Source: Malacoraja senta (taxonomy: Eukaryota). Taken from it: a DNA stretch of 64,000 nucleotides. This document shows positions 30,909 through 43,396 of the stretch, one piece after another. Each line of letters starts with the position of its first letter. The stretch's first letter is position 1. Location: assembly GCA_038087875.1 (NCBI GenBank), contig JAXLNO010000462.1:1-64000 (forward strand), read 5' to 3'. The notes under the pieces were generated by a model that was given only the letters and a program-made list of their open reading frames with translations, did no database searches and was not told the origin of the DNA. Position numbers and translations under genes: made by a program.

Positions 30909-33900
30909 CTAAGCAACATCGCCATAGCGGTCAGGCGGTTTGACAAGACGTCCCGCCCGGGTCCGCGTCTCGCCATCCACCCTTCCTGCAGGAGGAAGAG
31001 GCACCGGCGGGGAAGGACGAACCTGAAAGGGAGAAACGGGAGGAAACGGAAGAGACCGCGGCACCGAACCCGGAGGGGATGCGGGGCCGGGACCGGGAAG
31101 AGCGCGGGCGGGCGAGCGAGGACTAGTCGGAGTGTGATGGAGCGGAAGGGGCGAAGGAGGAGCAGAGCGAGGCATGTCAGGAATCACGGGCAGAGCAACG
31201 GCCGGACGCGAAACAGGCAGTGGGGGAGCAAAGGGATCGGCGGCAGGAGGACGCGGCTCGTTGACGAGCCGAAGGTGCTGGCGGGACCGTCGGTAAATGG
31301 CCCCAGCGTAGTCGACGAGATAGGACCTGGGCGACCCCGCAGAGCCGACGACAGTAGCGAGCTTGGAGTGACCGGGAGTGGTCTGCAGACGGACTACTTG
31401 ACCGGGGAAGAGGCGTGGCAGCGGGTGGCAGGACCTGTCATGGGAACGCTGCTGGACGCCGTGCCTGAAGGCAATGCGTTTCTGAACCGCCGCAGGTGGG
31501 AGGATCGAGGGTATGAGGGAGCGCTGGGCCACAGGGAGCGGGAGTCTGGTAGCGCGAGACAGGAGCCGCTGAGCAGGTGAACCCATGGCAGAGTCGCGGG
31601 AAATGTTCCGAAGGCTGAGGAGGGCCAGGTGGAAGTCGGAGTTAATGCCACCACACTGTTCCAACAAGTGCTTAGCACTGCGGACCGCGCGCTCGGCCAA
31701 ACCGTTGCTTTGCGGGTACTCCGGGCTGCTGGTGAAATGGCGAAAGTTCCATCTGGAAGCGAACGCTTTAAACTCGGAGCTCGTGAACTGGCTGCCATTG
31801 TCCGACTGCAAGCTTGCCGGGGGGCCAAAAGTGCTAAAGTGAGGGTACAACCTGTCGATGACGGCCGAAGAGGTCACGGAAGGCAGCCGGTCAACCACAA
31901 ACCAGCTGGAGTAGGAGTCAACGAGTACCAGGAAATGTTTGCCCCGCCACTCGAAAATTTCTGTGGCGAGCGCCATCCAGGGCAGTCCGGGCGCGGGCTG
32001 CTGTAGAAGCGGCTGACGCTGCTGATGGGGGGCGCGGCTGTTGCAGGTGGAACACGAGGAGACCCTCTCCCGGATGTACTTGGCCATATCCGGCCAATAG
32101 AACTGGCTCTTGGCGAGAGACACGGTGGCTTCGGCCCCAGTGTGACCGCGGTGTGCGACTTGAAAATATTGGTCGTGCAGCGCCGCGGGCACGACCACTT
32201 TGTGACCCTTCACCACCACGCCGTCGTGCAGTACGAGCTCGTCCCGAATCAGGAAGTAGGGCACGGCCCCAGCCGGCAGTGCCGAGCGACGGTCAGGCCA
32301 GCCCTGCCGGATGACGGCAGACAGCTGTTGCAGGGCAGGGTCGTTGGTAGTGTGTTCAACCATGGACTTCAGCTGTGGCGAGGGGACGAAGTTCAATCGT
32401 AGTACCAGTAACTCAGACATTTCGTATTGGTGGCGAGCAGTGGACGTCAGCGGGGCGCGAGACAACGTGTCGGCTACGAACATGTCCTTGCCCTTACGAT
32501 AAACCACCGTGAACGTGAAACGCTGGAGCTGCAGCAGCATGCGCTGCAGACGTGATGAGGCCACATGGATCGGTTTGTTGAGGATGGTGACAAGTGGTTG
32601 ATGGTCAGTTTCAACGGTGAAAGTGTTGCCCACGATGTAGTCCCGGAATTTGGAGCAGGCAAACACCACGGCCAGTAGCTCCTTCTCAATCTGCGCGTAG
32701 TGCTGTTCGGTGGCGGTCATGGTGTGGGACGCGAAGGAGACAGGCAGCTGCAGGCCGTCATGAACCTGGAGGCAGGCGGCACCGAGTCCGAATTGAGAGG
32801 CGTCGCAGGTGAGGACAATGGAACGCTGCAGGTCAAAGAACTTGAGCGTGGGTGTGCTGATCAGTTTAGACTTAAGAATGTCAAATGCCTTCTGATGATT
32901 GGGTAACCAAAGCCAGGACGTGTCCTTTTTGATCAGATCCCTCAGGGGAGCGCTGAGCTCGCTGAGGTCGGGGATGAACTTCCCCAGGTAGTTTACCAAG
33001 CCGAGGAAGCGTTGCAGGCCTGCCACGTTAGTAGGAGGGGGCATCCCTGAGATGACAGCCGTTTTCTGCGGGTCTGGCTTTAGCCCCTCAGCGGTGAATA
33101 CATGTCCAACATAGGTGACCTCCGAGACGCGGAATCGGCACTTCTTGGGGTTCAGTTTCAAGTTGATTTGCCTGGCCCGGTCCAGGATCAGGCGGAGGTT
33201 GACATCGTGTTCGGCAACGTCCTTACCGTAAACGAGGATGTCGTCAACAATTATGGCGCAAGGCAGATCTGAAAACAACTGTTCCATGGTTCGCTGGAAT
33301 ACCTCGCTGGCAGAGTTGATTCCGAAGGGCATTCGGAGGAACCGAAACCTTCCGTAGGGGGTGGCGAAAGTTGTTAAAATGGACGACCGCTCGTCCAGTG
33401 GTATCTGCCAGAATGAGCTTTTGGCATCGAGGACCGAAAAAACCGTTGCTGGACCAACCTGTGCAGCGACGTCTTCCACCGTTCTCATAGGGTAGTGAGG
33501 GCGTCGAATGGCCAGGTTGAGGTCTCTGGGGTTGATGCAGATGCGTATCTCGCTCATGTCCTTTTTAGCAGCAACAACCATGGAAGAGACCCAGCTGGTG
33601 GGCTCGACGACCGCCTTTAGGACGCCCATTTGTACCATACTGTGTAGGGTCGCCTCCACTTTGTCCCTCATGGCGAAGGAGATACGGTGAGGAGCATGGA
33701 CCACAGGAACGATCTTATGGTCCACATCAATCTTGTAGCTGCAGGGTAGTTTGCCTAGCTTATCATCAAAGCGGTCGTGATAATCGGCCAGCGGGTCCAT
33801 AAGAGCCTGCACCTGGTGGATGTCCCGGTGGAAGGACACCAGTCCCATTTCCTGGCATGCCTGGATCCCCAGCAGGGGAATGCATTTTCGATTGAGGAGA

Positions 33901-35080
33901 AAGAAGGTGAGGGGCCGAGTGGTCTCCAGTATCTTACAGTGTAGTGTGGCCTTGCCCACAGGAGTAAGGATCTCCCCACCGTAGGCATGCAGGTTTGAGC
34001 TCTGAGAAAATATCTGCTCATTAGTTCTTATCTGGTTGAAAAGGGATGTTGACATAACATTGGTTACCGCCCCAGTGTCGATTTTTGCAGTGAAGGTCGA
34101 GTTGTTCACAGTGACTTGCACAGAAGGATCCGTTATCATAGCAGGTGCGTCCAACACGGTAAACAAGCTGGTCTCCCCCTGAGAGGAGTTAGATATAGGA
34201 ACAGAATGTTCATCGGAATAGTACTGGGAGCTGAGCTCATTATCAGACTTTAGAAGGTTGTTTAAATTTTGCCTTCGAGCAGCGACAGGCTTCCCACGGG
34301 AACGACAAGCTGCAGCAAAATGGTTCAACTTATTGCAGGCATTGCAAGTCTTACCTAAAGCAGGGCATACATTGAACTGATGAGTTGTGAAGTTGCAATT
34401 AGGGCACCTTTGCTGGGTACCTCCCCTTGTAGCAGCACCGAACCCCGGGGCGCGTCCCCCTCGAGCAGCGAGCGACCCCGGGGGTCGCGACTGGGGTGTG
34501 TTCATGAGATAACTAGGAGTGCTGGCAAAGTTGATCGCCTGCTCAGCCGGCGGCGCCGCCGAGGAAACAGCGTCAGCTAAGCGAGTAGCGTGCATGGCAT
34601 CGGCCAAGGTCAGATCCGGCTTGCGAAGAAGTTCGGACCTGAGCTTCTCATCACGGAGACCGTAAACCAGTAGGTCCCTGATGACATTATCGGGGGTCCA
34701 CGTGTCGAGGCGGCAGCGCCTGCCCAGGTCCCGCAGCGCAATGACATAGTTCTCAGCAGATTCCCAGGGAGCTGACGCCGCGCTAACAGTTTAAAACGTT
34801 CTAAGATGCAATTAGTCGGAATGTCACAAATAGCGTCAAACTTAGCCAACAGACATACCGGGTCCCGAGCTGTTTCTCCAGCAGCGTAGACGAAGAAGTC
34901 AGAGCGAGTCAAGGCGTCGGGACCAGCCAAGTTGAGAAGCAGGAAGGCTTTGAGAGCGGGGGTGGCGCCAGGATGGGCAATCGTGAAATAGTGTTCAAAG
35001 TCACGTTTGAATATGTCCCATCGAAGGGCGATGTCGAAATCAAAAACGAGCACATCGGGCTTACGGGCAGAAGAGGCCAT
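30909..35080 (-). CDS. Gag-Pol polyprotein (two CCHC knuckles, PR, RT, RH, IN), one frameshift at ~34765
   Basis: CPNC..H..C and CNAC..H..C knuckles, IDTGA, LDAKSSFWQ, MPFG, IVDD, CDAS, SDNG and AER motifs. Adding one G at CCTGGG^AAT joins ORF 34610-35173 to 30909-34607. Confidence 0.88.
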
Positions 35081-35172
35081 GACAAGAAACAGGTGGGGGG
35101 AAACAAAAAACTGGGTCAAAATTAAATGATAAACCGATAAACAGGAGGCGCAAGGTAAGTTATTTGGCACCA

Positions 35173-35376
35173 TGTAAAGGATTGATAACGAGGCATCGTT
35201 ACTTTACTATCTTTATTCATACTGGATCATTATACATTGCACTAGCTGTACGTGGTCTGTCACAGGAACTAGAGAGCGATCTGTGGGTGGGGAGGTTGTA
35301 GTTATACTTGTGATATGGGGAGTGGTTAGTAGGTATGAGGTCACTATGTTAAAGGCACATGCATATCTCATCTACA
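35173..35376 (-). repeat. 5' LTR
   Basis: Followed on the minus strand by TGGTGCC. Confidence 0.96.
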
Positions 35377-38300
35377 ATGCGTCCTCAACTTTTGTCGCCT
35401 TTCGCATCTTGAATTTACGTCGCTTTTGACATTTTGAATTTTCATCGCCTTTCGCGTCCTGAAGGTTCGTCACTTTTCGTGTGCTGAATTTCCGTCGCTT
35501 TTCGCATTGTGAATTTTCGTCACTGTTAGTATGCTGAAATGTCGTCGCTTTTCACATCCTGATATTTCGTCACTTTTTGCGTGCTGAATTTTGGTCGCCT
35601 TTCACATGGTGAATTTTCGTCGCTTTTCACGTTCTGAAATTTCGTCACTTTTTGTGTGCTGAATTTTCATCGCTTTTCACATCCTGAAGGTTAGTCGCTT
35701 TTCACGTGCTAAATTATTGTCGCTCTTCGTGTCCTGAAGGTTCGTAACTTTTCGTGTGCTGAAATTTTGTCGCTTTTCGTGTCCTGAAATTTTGTCGCTT
35801 CATGCGTACTGATGTTTTGTTGCTTTTCGCATCTTGAATTTACGTCACTTTTGGCATTTTGAATTTTTGTCGCCTTTCGCGTACTGAAGGTTCGTCGCTT
35901 TTTGCATGCTGAATTTTCATTGCTTTTCGCATGTTGAATTTTCGTCGCTTTTTGTGTGCTCAATTTTCGTCGCTTATCACGTTCTGAAATTTCGTCACTT
36001 TTCGCGTGCTGAATTTTCGTCGCTTTTCGCATCCTGAAGATTCATCACTTCTCCTGTGCTGAATTTTCATCGCTTTTCGCAGGCTGAATGTTCGTCACTT
36101 TTCGCGTGCTGAAATTTCGTTGCTTTTCACGGCTGAATTTTCGTCGCTCTATGCGTCCTGAGGTTTCGTTGCTTTTCATGTCCTGAATTTTCGTCGCTTT
36201 TCATATGCTGAAATGTCGTCACTTTTCCGTGCTGAATTTTCGTCACTTTTCACGTCCTGAAGGTTCGTCGCTTTTCACGTGCTGAATTATGGTCGCCTTT
36301 CACATGCTGAATTTTCGTCGCTTTTCACGTTCTGAAATTTCGTCACTTTTTGTGTGCTGAATTTTCATCGCTTTTCACATCCTGAAGGTTAGTCGCTTTT
36401 CACGTGCTGAATTATTGTCGCTCTTCGTGTCCTGAAGGTTCGTCACTTTTCGTGTGCAGAAATGTTGTCGCTTTTCGTGTCCTGATATTTTGTCGCTTCA
36501 TGCCTACTGAACTTTTGTCGCTTTTCGCCTCTTGAATTTACGTCGCTTTTGGCATTTTGAATTTTTGTCACCTTTGGGATCCTGAAGGTTCGTCGCTTTT
36601 TGCATGCTGAATTTTCATCGCTTATCGTATGCTGAATTTTCGTCGCTTTTTGTGTGCTGAATTTTCGTCGCTTATCACGTTCTGTAATTTTGTCACTTTT
36701 CGCGTGCTGAATGGTCGTCGCTTTTCGCGTGATAAATTTTCGTCATTTTTTGCGTGCTGAATTTTCGTCGCTTTTCGCATCCTGAAGGTTCACTTCCTGT
36801 GCTGAATTTTCATCGCTTTTCGCAGGCTGAAATTTCGTCACTTGTCACGTGATGAAATTTCATTGCTTTTCACGTGCTGAATTTTTGTCACTCTATACGT
36901 CCTGAGGTTTCGTTGCTTTTCATGTCCTGAATTTTCGTCGCTTTTCATATGCTGAAATGACGTCACTTTTCCGTGCTGAATTTTCGCCACTTTTCACGTC
37001 CTGAAAGTTCGTCACTTTTCGCATGCTGAATTTCCGTCATTTTTCGCGTGCTGAATTTTCGTCGCTTTTCGCGTCCTGAAAAATCTGAATTTTTGTCACA
37101 TTTCATTGTCTGAATTTTCATCGCGTTTAGCATCCCAAATTTTAATGGCTTTTCGCATCCTGTTCGTTGCTTTTCGTGTGCTGAATTTTTGTCGCATTTC
37201 ACATGCTGAATTCTTGTCACTTTTCCTCTGCTGAAATTTTGTCGCCTGTAAATTCGACCCTTTCTGCATCCTGAAATGTTGTCGCTTTTCGCGTCCTGAA
37301 TTTATGTAGCTTATCACGTCCTGAATGTGCATCACTTTTCGCATGCTGAATTTTCGTCGTTTTCGCGTGATTCATTTTCGTCGCTTGTCGCGTGCTTCAT
37401 TTTCATCGCTTTTTGCATCCAAAAGGTTCGTCGCTTTTCGCATGCTGAATTTTCGTCGCTTTTCTCATGCTGAATTTTCGTCGCTTTTCGCGGGCTGAAT
37501 TTTCGGTGCTTTACACATTGTGAAATTTCGTCACTTTTCGCGTGCTGAATGATCGTCGCTTTAATCGGGCTGAATTTTCATCACTTTTCGCATGCTAAAT
37601 TATCGTCGCTTTTCGCGTCCTGGTTCGTCACTTTTCACATGCTGAATTTTCATTGCTTTTCAAATTCTGAATTTTCGTCACTTTTCGCTTGCTGAAATTT
37701 CTTGCCTTTCATGTCTTGAAATTTCATCGCCTTTCTCGTCCTTAAATTTCGTCACTTTATGCGTCCTGATGTTCGTCGATTATTGTGTGCTGAAATTTCG
37801 GCGCTTTCCGTGTGCTGATATTTCATCGCTTTTCACGTGCTCAATTGTTGTCGCTTTTCATGTCCGGAAGGTTGGTCACTTTTCGCGTGCTGAAGTTTCG
37901 TCGCTTTTCGCATCCTGAAGGTTCGTCACTTTTGTTGTGCCGAAATTTTGTCACTTTTCGTGTCCTGAAAGTTTGTCACTTCATGCATCCTGAACTTTTG
38001 TCGCCTTTCGCATCTTTAATTTACGTCGCTTTTGGCATTTTGAATTATCGTCGCCTTTCGCGTCCTGAAGGTTCGTCACTTTTCGTGTGCTGAATTTCCG
38101 TCCCTTTTCGCATTGTGAATTTTCGTCGCTTTTAGTATGCTGAAATTTCATCGCTTTTCACATCTTGAAATTTCGTCACTTTTTGCGTGCTGAATTTTGG
38201 TCGCATTTCATGTGCTGAATTTTCGTCGCTTTTCAAGTTCTGAAATGTTGTCACTTTTTGTGTGCTGAATTTTCGTCGCTTTTCACATCCTGAAGGAGTC

Positions 38301-41300
38301 ACTTTTCATGTGCTGAATTATTGTCGCTCTTTGTGTCCTGAAGGTTCGTAACTTTTCATGTGCTGAAATTTTGTCGCTTTTCGTGTCCTGAAATTTTGTC
38401 GCTTCATGCGTACTGAACCTTTGTTGCTTTTCGCATCTTGAATTTACGCCGCTTTTGGCATTTTGAATTTTTGTTGCCTTTGGCGTCCTGAAGGTTCGTC
38501 GCTTTTCGCATGCTGAATTTTCATCGCTTTTCGCATGCTGAATTTTCGTTGCTTTTTTATGCTGAATTTTCGTCGCTTTTCGCGTGCTGAATTTTCTTCA
38601 TTTTTCGCGTGCTGAATTTTCGTCGCTTTTCGCATCCTGAAGGTTCATCACTTTTCCTGTGCTCAATTTTCATCGCTTTTCACAGGCTGAATTTTCTTCA
38701 CTTTTCGCGTGCTGAAATTTCGTTGCTTTTTACGTCCTGAAATTTCCTCGCTTTTCGCATGATAAATTCGCAGGCTGAATTTTCGTCGCTTTTTGTGTGC
38801 TGAATTTACGTGGCTTTTCGCATGCTAAATTTTCGCCGCTTTATGGTTGCTGAAATTTCGGCGCTTTTAGTGTGCTACAATTTAGTCGCTTTTCACGTCC
38901 TGAAATTGCGTCGCTTTTCACGTCCTGAATTTTCGTCACTTTTCACATCCTGAAGGTTCGTTACTTTTTGTATTCCGAACTCTTGTCACTTTTCGTGTCC
39001 TGAAATTTTGTCGCTTCATCCGTTCTGAACTTTTGTCGCTTTTCATACCCTGTATTTTTGTCGTTTTTCGCGTGCTGAATTTTCGTCGCTTTATGTGTCC
39101 TGAGGTTTCATTGCTTTTCATGTCCTGAATTTTCATCGCTTTTCGTATGCTGGTTTCGTCGCTTTTCACGTACTGAATTTTTGTAGCTTTTCGCATGCTG
39201 AATTTTCGTCGCTTTTTGCATGATGAATTTTCATCGCTTTTCACGTTCTGAAATGTCGTCACTTTTCCGTGCTGAATTTTCGTCGCTTTTCACGTCCTGA
39301 AAGTTCGTTGCTTTTCGCGTGCTGTATTTTTGTCACTTTTCACGTGCTGAATTTTCATCACTTTTCCTGTGCTGAAATTTTCGTCCCCTGTAAATTCGAC
39401 GCTTTATGCATCCTGAAATTTTGTCGCTTTTCACGTCCTGAATTTATGTAGCTTTGCACGTCCTGAATGTGCATCACTTTTCGCATGCTGAATTTTCGTC
39501 GTTTTTGCGTGCTTCATTTTCGTCGCTTGTCGCGTGCTTCATTTTCATCGCTTTTTGCGTCCAAAAGGTTTGTCGCTTTTTGCATGCTGAATTTTCATCG
39601 CTTTTCTCATGCTGAATTTTTGGCGCTTTTCACTTCCTGGTTCATCATTTTTCACGTGCAGAATTTTCATCGCTTTTCATATTCTGAATTTTCGTTGCTT
39701 CATGCGTTCAGACATTTCATTGTCTGAAATTTCGTCGCCTTTCATGTCCTGAAATTTCATCACTTTATTCGTCCTGATGTTTCGTTGCTTATTGTGTGCT
39801 GAAATTTCGGCGCTTTTCGTGTGCTGATATTTCGTCGCTTTTCACGTGCTGAATTGTTGTCGCTTTTCATGTCCGGAAGGTTGGTCGCTTTTCGCGTGCT
39901 GAATTTTCGTCGCTTTTCGCAACCTGAAGGTTCGTCGCTTTTCACGTTCTGAAATGTCGTCACTTTTCCGTGCTGAATTTTCGTTGCTTTTCACGTCCTG
40001 AAAGTTCGTCGCTTTTCGCGTGCTGAATTTTCGTCACTTTTCACGTGCTGAAATTTTGTCACTTCATGTGTCCTGAGCTTTTGTCGCCTTTCGCATCTTG
40101 AATTTACGTTTGGCATTTTGAATTTTCGTCGCCTTTCGTCGCCTGAAGGTTCGTCACTTTTCGTGTGCTGAATTTCCGTCGCTTTTCGCATTGTGAATTT
40201 TCGTCGCTTTTAGTATGCTGAAATTTCAACGCATTTCACATCCTGAAATTTTGTCACTTTTTGCGCGCTGAATTTTGGTCGCATTTCTGTGCTGAATTTT
40301 CGTCGCTTTTCAAGTTCTGAAATTTCGTCACTTTTTGTGTGCTGAATTTTCGTCGCTTTTCACATCCTGAAGGATAGTCGCTTTTCACGTGCTGAATTAT
40401 TGTCGCTCTTCGTGTCCTGAAGGTTCGTAACTTTTCGTGTGCTGAAATTTTGTGGCTTTTCGTGTCCTGAAATTTTGTCGCTTCATGCGTACTGATCTTT
40501 TGTTGCTTTTCGCATCTTGAATTTACATCGCTTTTGGCATTTTGAATTTTTGTCGCCTTTCGCGTCCTGAAGGTTCGTCGATTTTTGCATGCTGAATTGT
40601 CATCGCTTTTCGCATGTTGAATTTTCGTCGCTTTTTGTGTGCTGAATTTTCGTCGCTTATCACGTTCTGAAATTTCATCACTTTTCGCGTGCTGAATTTT
40701 CGTCGCTTTTCGCATCCTAAAGATTCATCACTTCTCCTGTGCTGAATTTTCATCGCTTTTCGCAGGCTGAATGTTCGTCACTTTTCGCGTGCTGAAATTT
40801 CGTTGCTTTTCACGTGCTGAATTTTCGTCGCTCTATGCTTCCTGAGGTTTCGTTGCTTTTCATGTCCTGAATTTTCGTCGCTTTTCATATGCTGAAATGA
40901 CGTCACTTTTCCGTGCTGAATTTTCGCCACTTTTCACGTCCTGAAAGTTCGTCACTTTTCGCATGCTGAATTTCCGTCATTATTCGCGTGCTGAATTTTC
41001 GTCGCTTTTCGCGTCCTGAAAATTAGTTGCATTTCACGTCCTGAATTTTTGTCACATTTCATTGTCTGAATTTTCATCGCGTTTAGCATCCCAAATTTTA
41101 ATGGCTTTTCGCATCCTGTTCGTCGCTTTTCGTGTGCTGAATTTTCATCGCATTTCACATGCTGAATTCTTGTCACTTTCCCTCTGCTGAAATTTTGTCG
41201 CCTGTAAATTCGACCCTTTCTGCATCCTGAAATGTTGTCGCTTTTCACGTCCTGAATTTATGTAGCTTTTCACGTCCTGAATGTGCATCACTTTTCGCAT

Positions 41301-43156
41301 GCTGAATTTTCGTCGTTTTCGCGTGATTCATTTTCGTCGCTTGTCGCGTGCTTCATTTTCATCGCTTTTTGCGTCCAAAAGGTTCGTCGCTTTTCGCATG
41401 CTGAATTTTCGTCGCTTTTCTCATGCTGAACTTTCGTCGCTTTTCGCGGGCTGAATTTTCGGTCCTTTACACATTCTGAAATTTTGTCACTTTTCGCGTG
41501 CTGAATGATCGTCGCTTTAATCGGGCTGAATTTTCATCACTTTTCGCGTGCTAAATTATCGTCGCTTTTCGCGTCCTGGTTCGTCACTTATCACATGCTG
41601 AATTTTCATTGCTTTTCATATTCTGAATTTTCGTCGCTTTTCGCTTGCTGAAATTTCGGCGCCTTTCATGTCTTGAAATTTCATCGCCTTTCTCGTCCTT
41701 AAATTTCGTCACTTTATGCGTCCTGATGTTCGTCGATTATTGTGTGCTGAAATTTCGGCGCTTTCCGTGTGCTGATATTTCATCGCTTTTCACGTGCTTA
41801 ATTGTTGTCACTTTTCATGTCCGGAAGGTTGGTCGCTTTTCGCGTGCTGAAGTTTCGTCGCTTTTCGCATCCTGAAGGTTCGTCACATTTGTTGTGCCGA
41901 AATTTTGTCACTTTTCGTGTCCTGAAAGTTTGTCACTTCATGCGTCCTGAACTTTTGTCGCCTTTCGCATCTTTAATTTACGTCGCTTTTGGCATTTTGA
42001 ATTATCGTCGCCTTTCGCGTCCTGAAGGTTCGTCACTTTTCGTGTGCTGAATTTCCGTCCCTTTTCGCATTGTGAATTTTCGTCGCTTTTAGTATGCTGA
42101 AATTTCATCGCTGTTCACATCTTGAAATTTCGTCACTTTTTGCGTGCTGAATTTTGGTCGCATTTCATGTGCTGAATTTTCGTCGCTTTTCAAGTTCTGA
42201 AATTTTGTCACTTTTTGTGTGCTGAATTTTCATCGCTTTTCACATCCTGAAGGAGTCACTTTTCATGTGCTGAATTATTGTCGCTCTTTGTGTCCTGAAG
42301 GTTCGTAACTTTTCATGTGCTGAAATTTTGTCGCTTTTCGTGTCCTGAAATTTTGTCGCTTCATGCGTACTGAACCTTTGTTGCTTTTCGCATCTTGAAT
42401 TTAGGTCGCTTTTGGCATTTTGAATTTTTGTCGCCTTTGGCGTCCTGAAGGTTCGTCGCTTTTTGCATGCTGAATTTTCATCGCTTTTCGCATGCTGAAT
42501 TTTCGTTGCTTTTTTATGTTGAATTTTCGTCGCTTATCACGTTCTGTAATTTCGTCAATTTTCGCGTGCTGAATGGTCGTCGCTTTTCGCGTGCTGAATT
42601 TTCTTCATTTTTCGCGTGCTGAATTTTTGTCGCTTTTCGCATCCTGAAGGTTCATCACTTTTCCTGTGCTGAATTTTCATCGCTTTTCGCAGGCTGAATT
42701 TTCTTCACTTTTCGCGTGCTGAAATTTCGTTGCTTTTTACGTCCTGAAATTTCCTCGCTTTTCGCATGATAAATTCGCAGGCTGAATTTTCATCGCTTTT
42801 TGTGTGCTGAATTTACGTGGCTTTTCGCATGCTAAATTTTCGCCGCTTTATGGATGCTGAAATTTCGGCGCTTTTAGTGTGCTACAATTTAGTCGCTTTT
42901 CACGTCCTGAAATTGCGTCGCTTTTCACGTCCTGAATTTTCATCGCTTTTCACATCCTGAAGGTTCGTTACTTTTTGTATTCCGAACTCTTGTCACTTTT
43001 CGTGTCCTGAAATTTTGTCGCTTCATGCGTTCTGAACTTTTGTCGCTTTTCATACCCTGTATTTTTGTCGTTTTTCGCGTGCTGAATTTTCGTCGCTTTA
43101 TGCGTCCTGAGGTTTCGTTGCTTTTCATGTCCTGAATTTTCATCGCTTTTCGTATG

Positions 43157-43396
43157 CTACCGATGTTAGACTAACTGGCCTGTAATTCCCCGTTCCCCGT
43201 TTTCTCTCTCCCTCCCTTTTTAAAAAAGTGGGGTTAAATTAGCTACCCTCCAATCCTCTGGAACTACTCCAGAATCCAGAGAGTTTGAAAAATTATCACT
43301 AATGCATCCACTATTTCTGGGGCTACTTCCTTAAGTACTCTGGGATGCAGCCTATCTGGCCCATGGGATTTATCGGCCTTTAATCCATTCAAATTT
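43157..43396 (-). mobile_element. Internal CR1 ORF2 fragment inside the satellite
   Basis: Reverse complement of ~10857-11090 (LNGLKADKSHGPDRLHPRVLKEVAPEIVDALVIIFQ). Confidence 0.9.

Larger units (their letters stand above)
30636..35376 (-). mobile_element. Young Ty3/Gypsy LTR retrotransposon (Mag-like) inserted in the satellite
   Basis: 204-bp TG...CA LTRs with one mismatch, TSD ATGCG (30631-30635 and 35377-35381), PBS TGGTGCCAAA and PPT GGAGAGGAAGGA. Confidence 0.96.

Noticed and set aside
43157..43175. CR1 fragment ends within a few bases of the site where the chromovirus interrupts the host CR1
   Set aside because: The fragment spans the empty site (CTAACATCGGTAG) and carries no LTR sequence; most likely coincidence.
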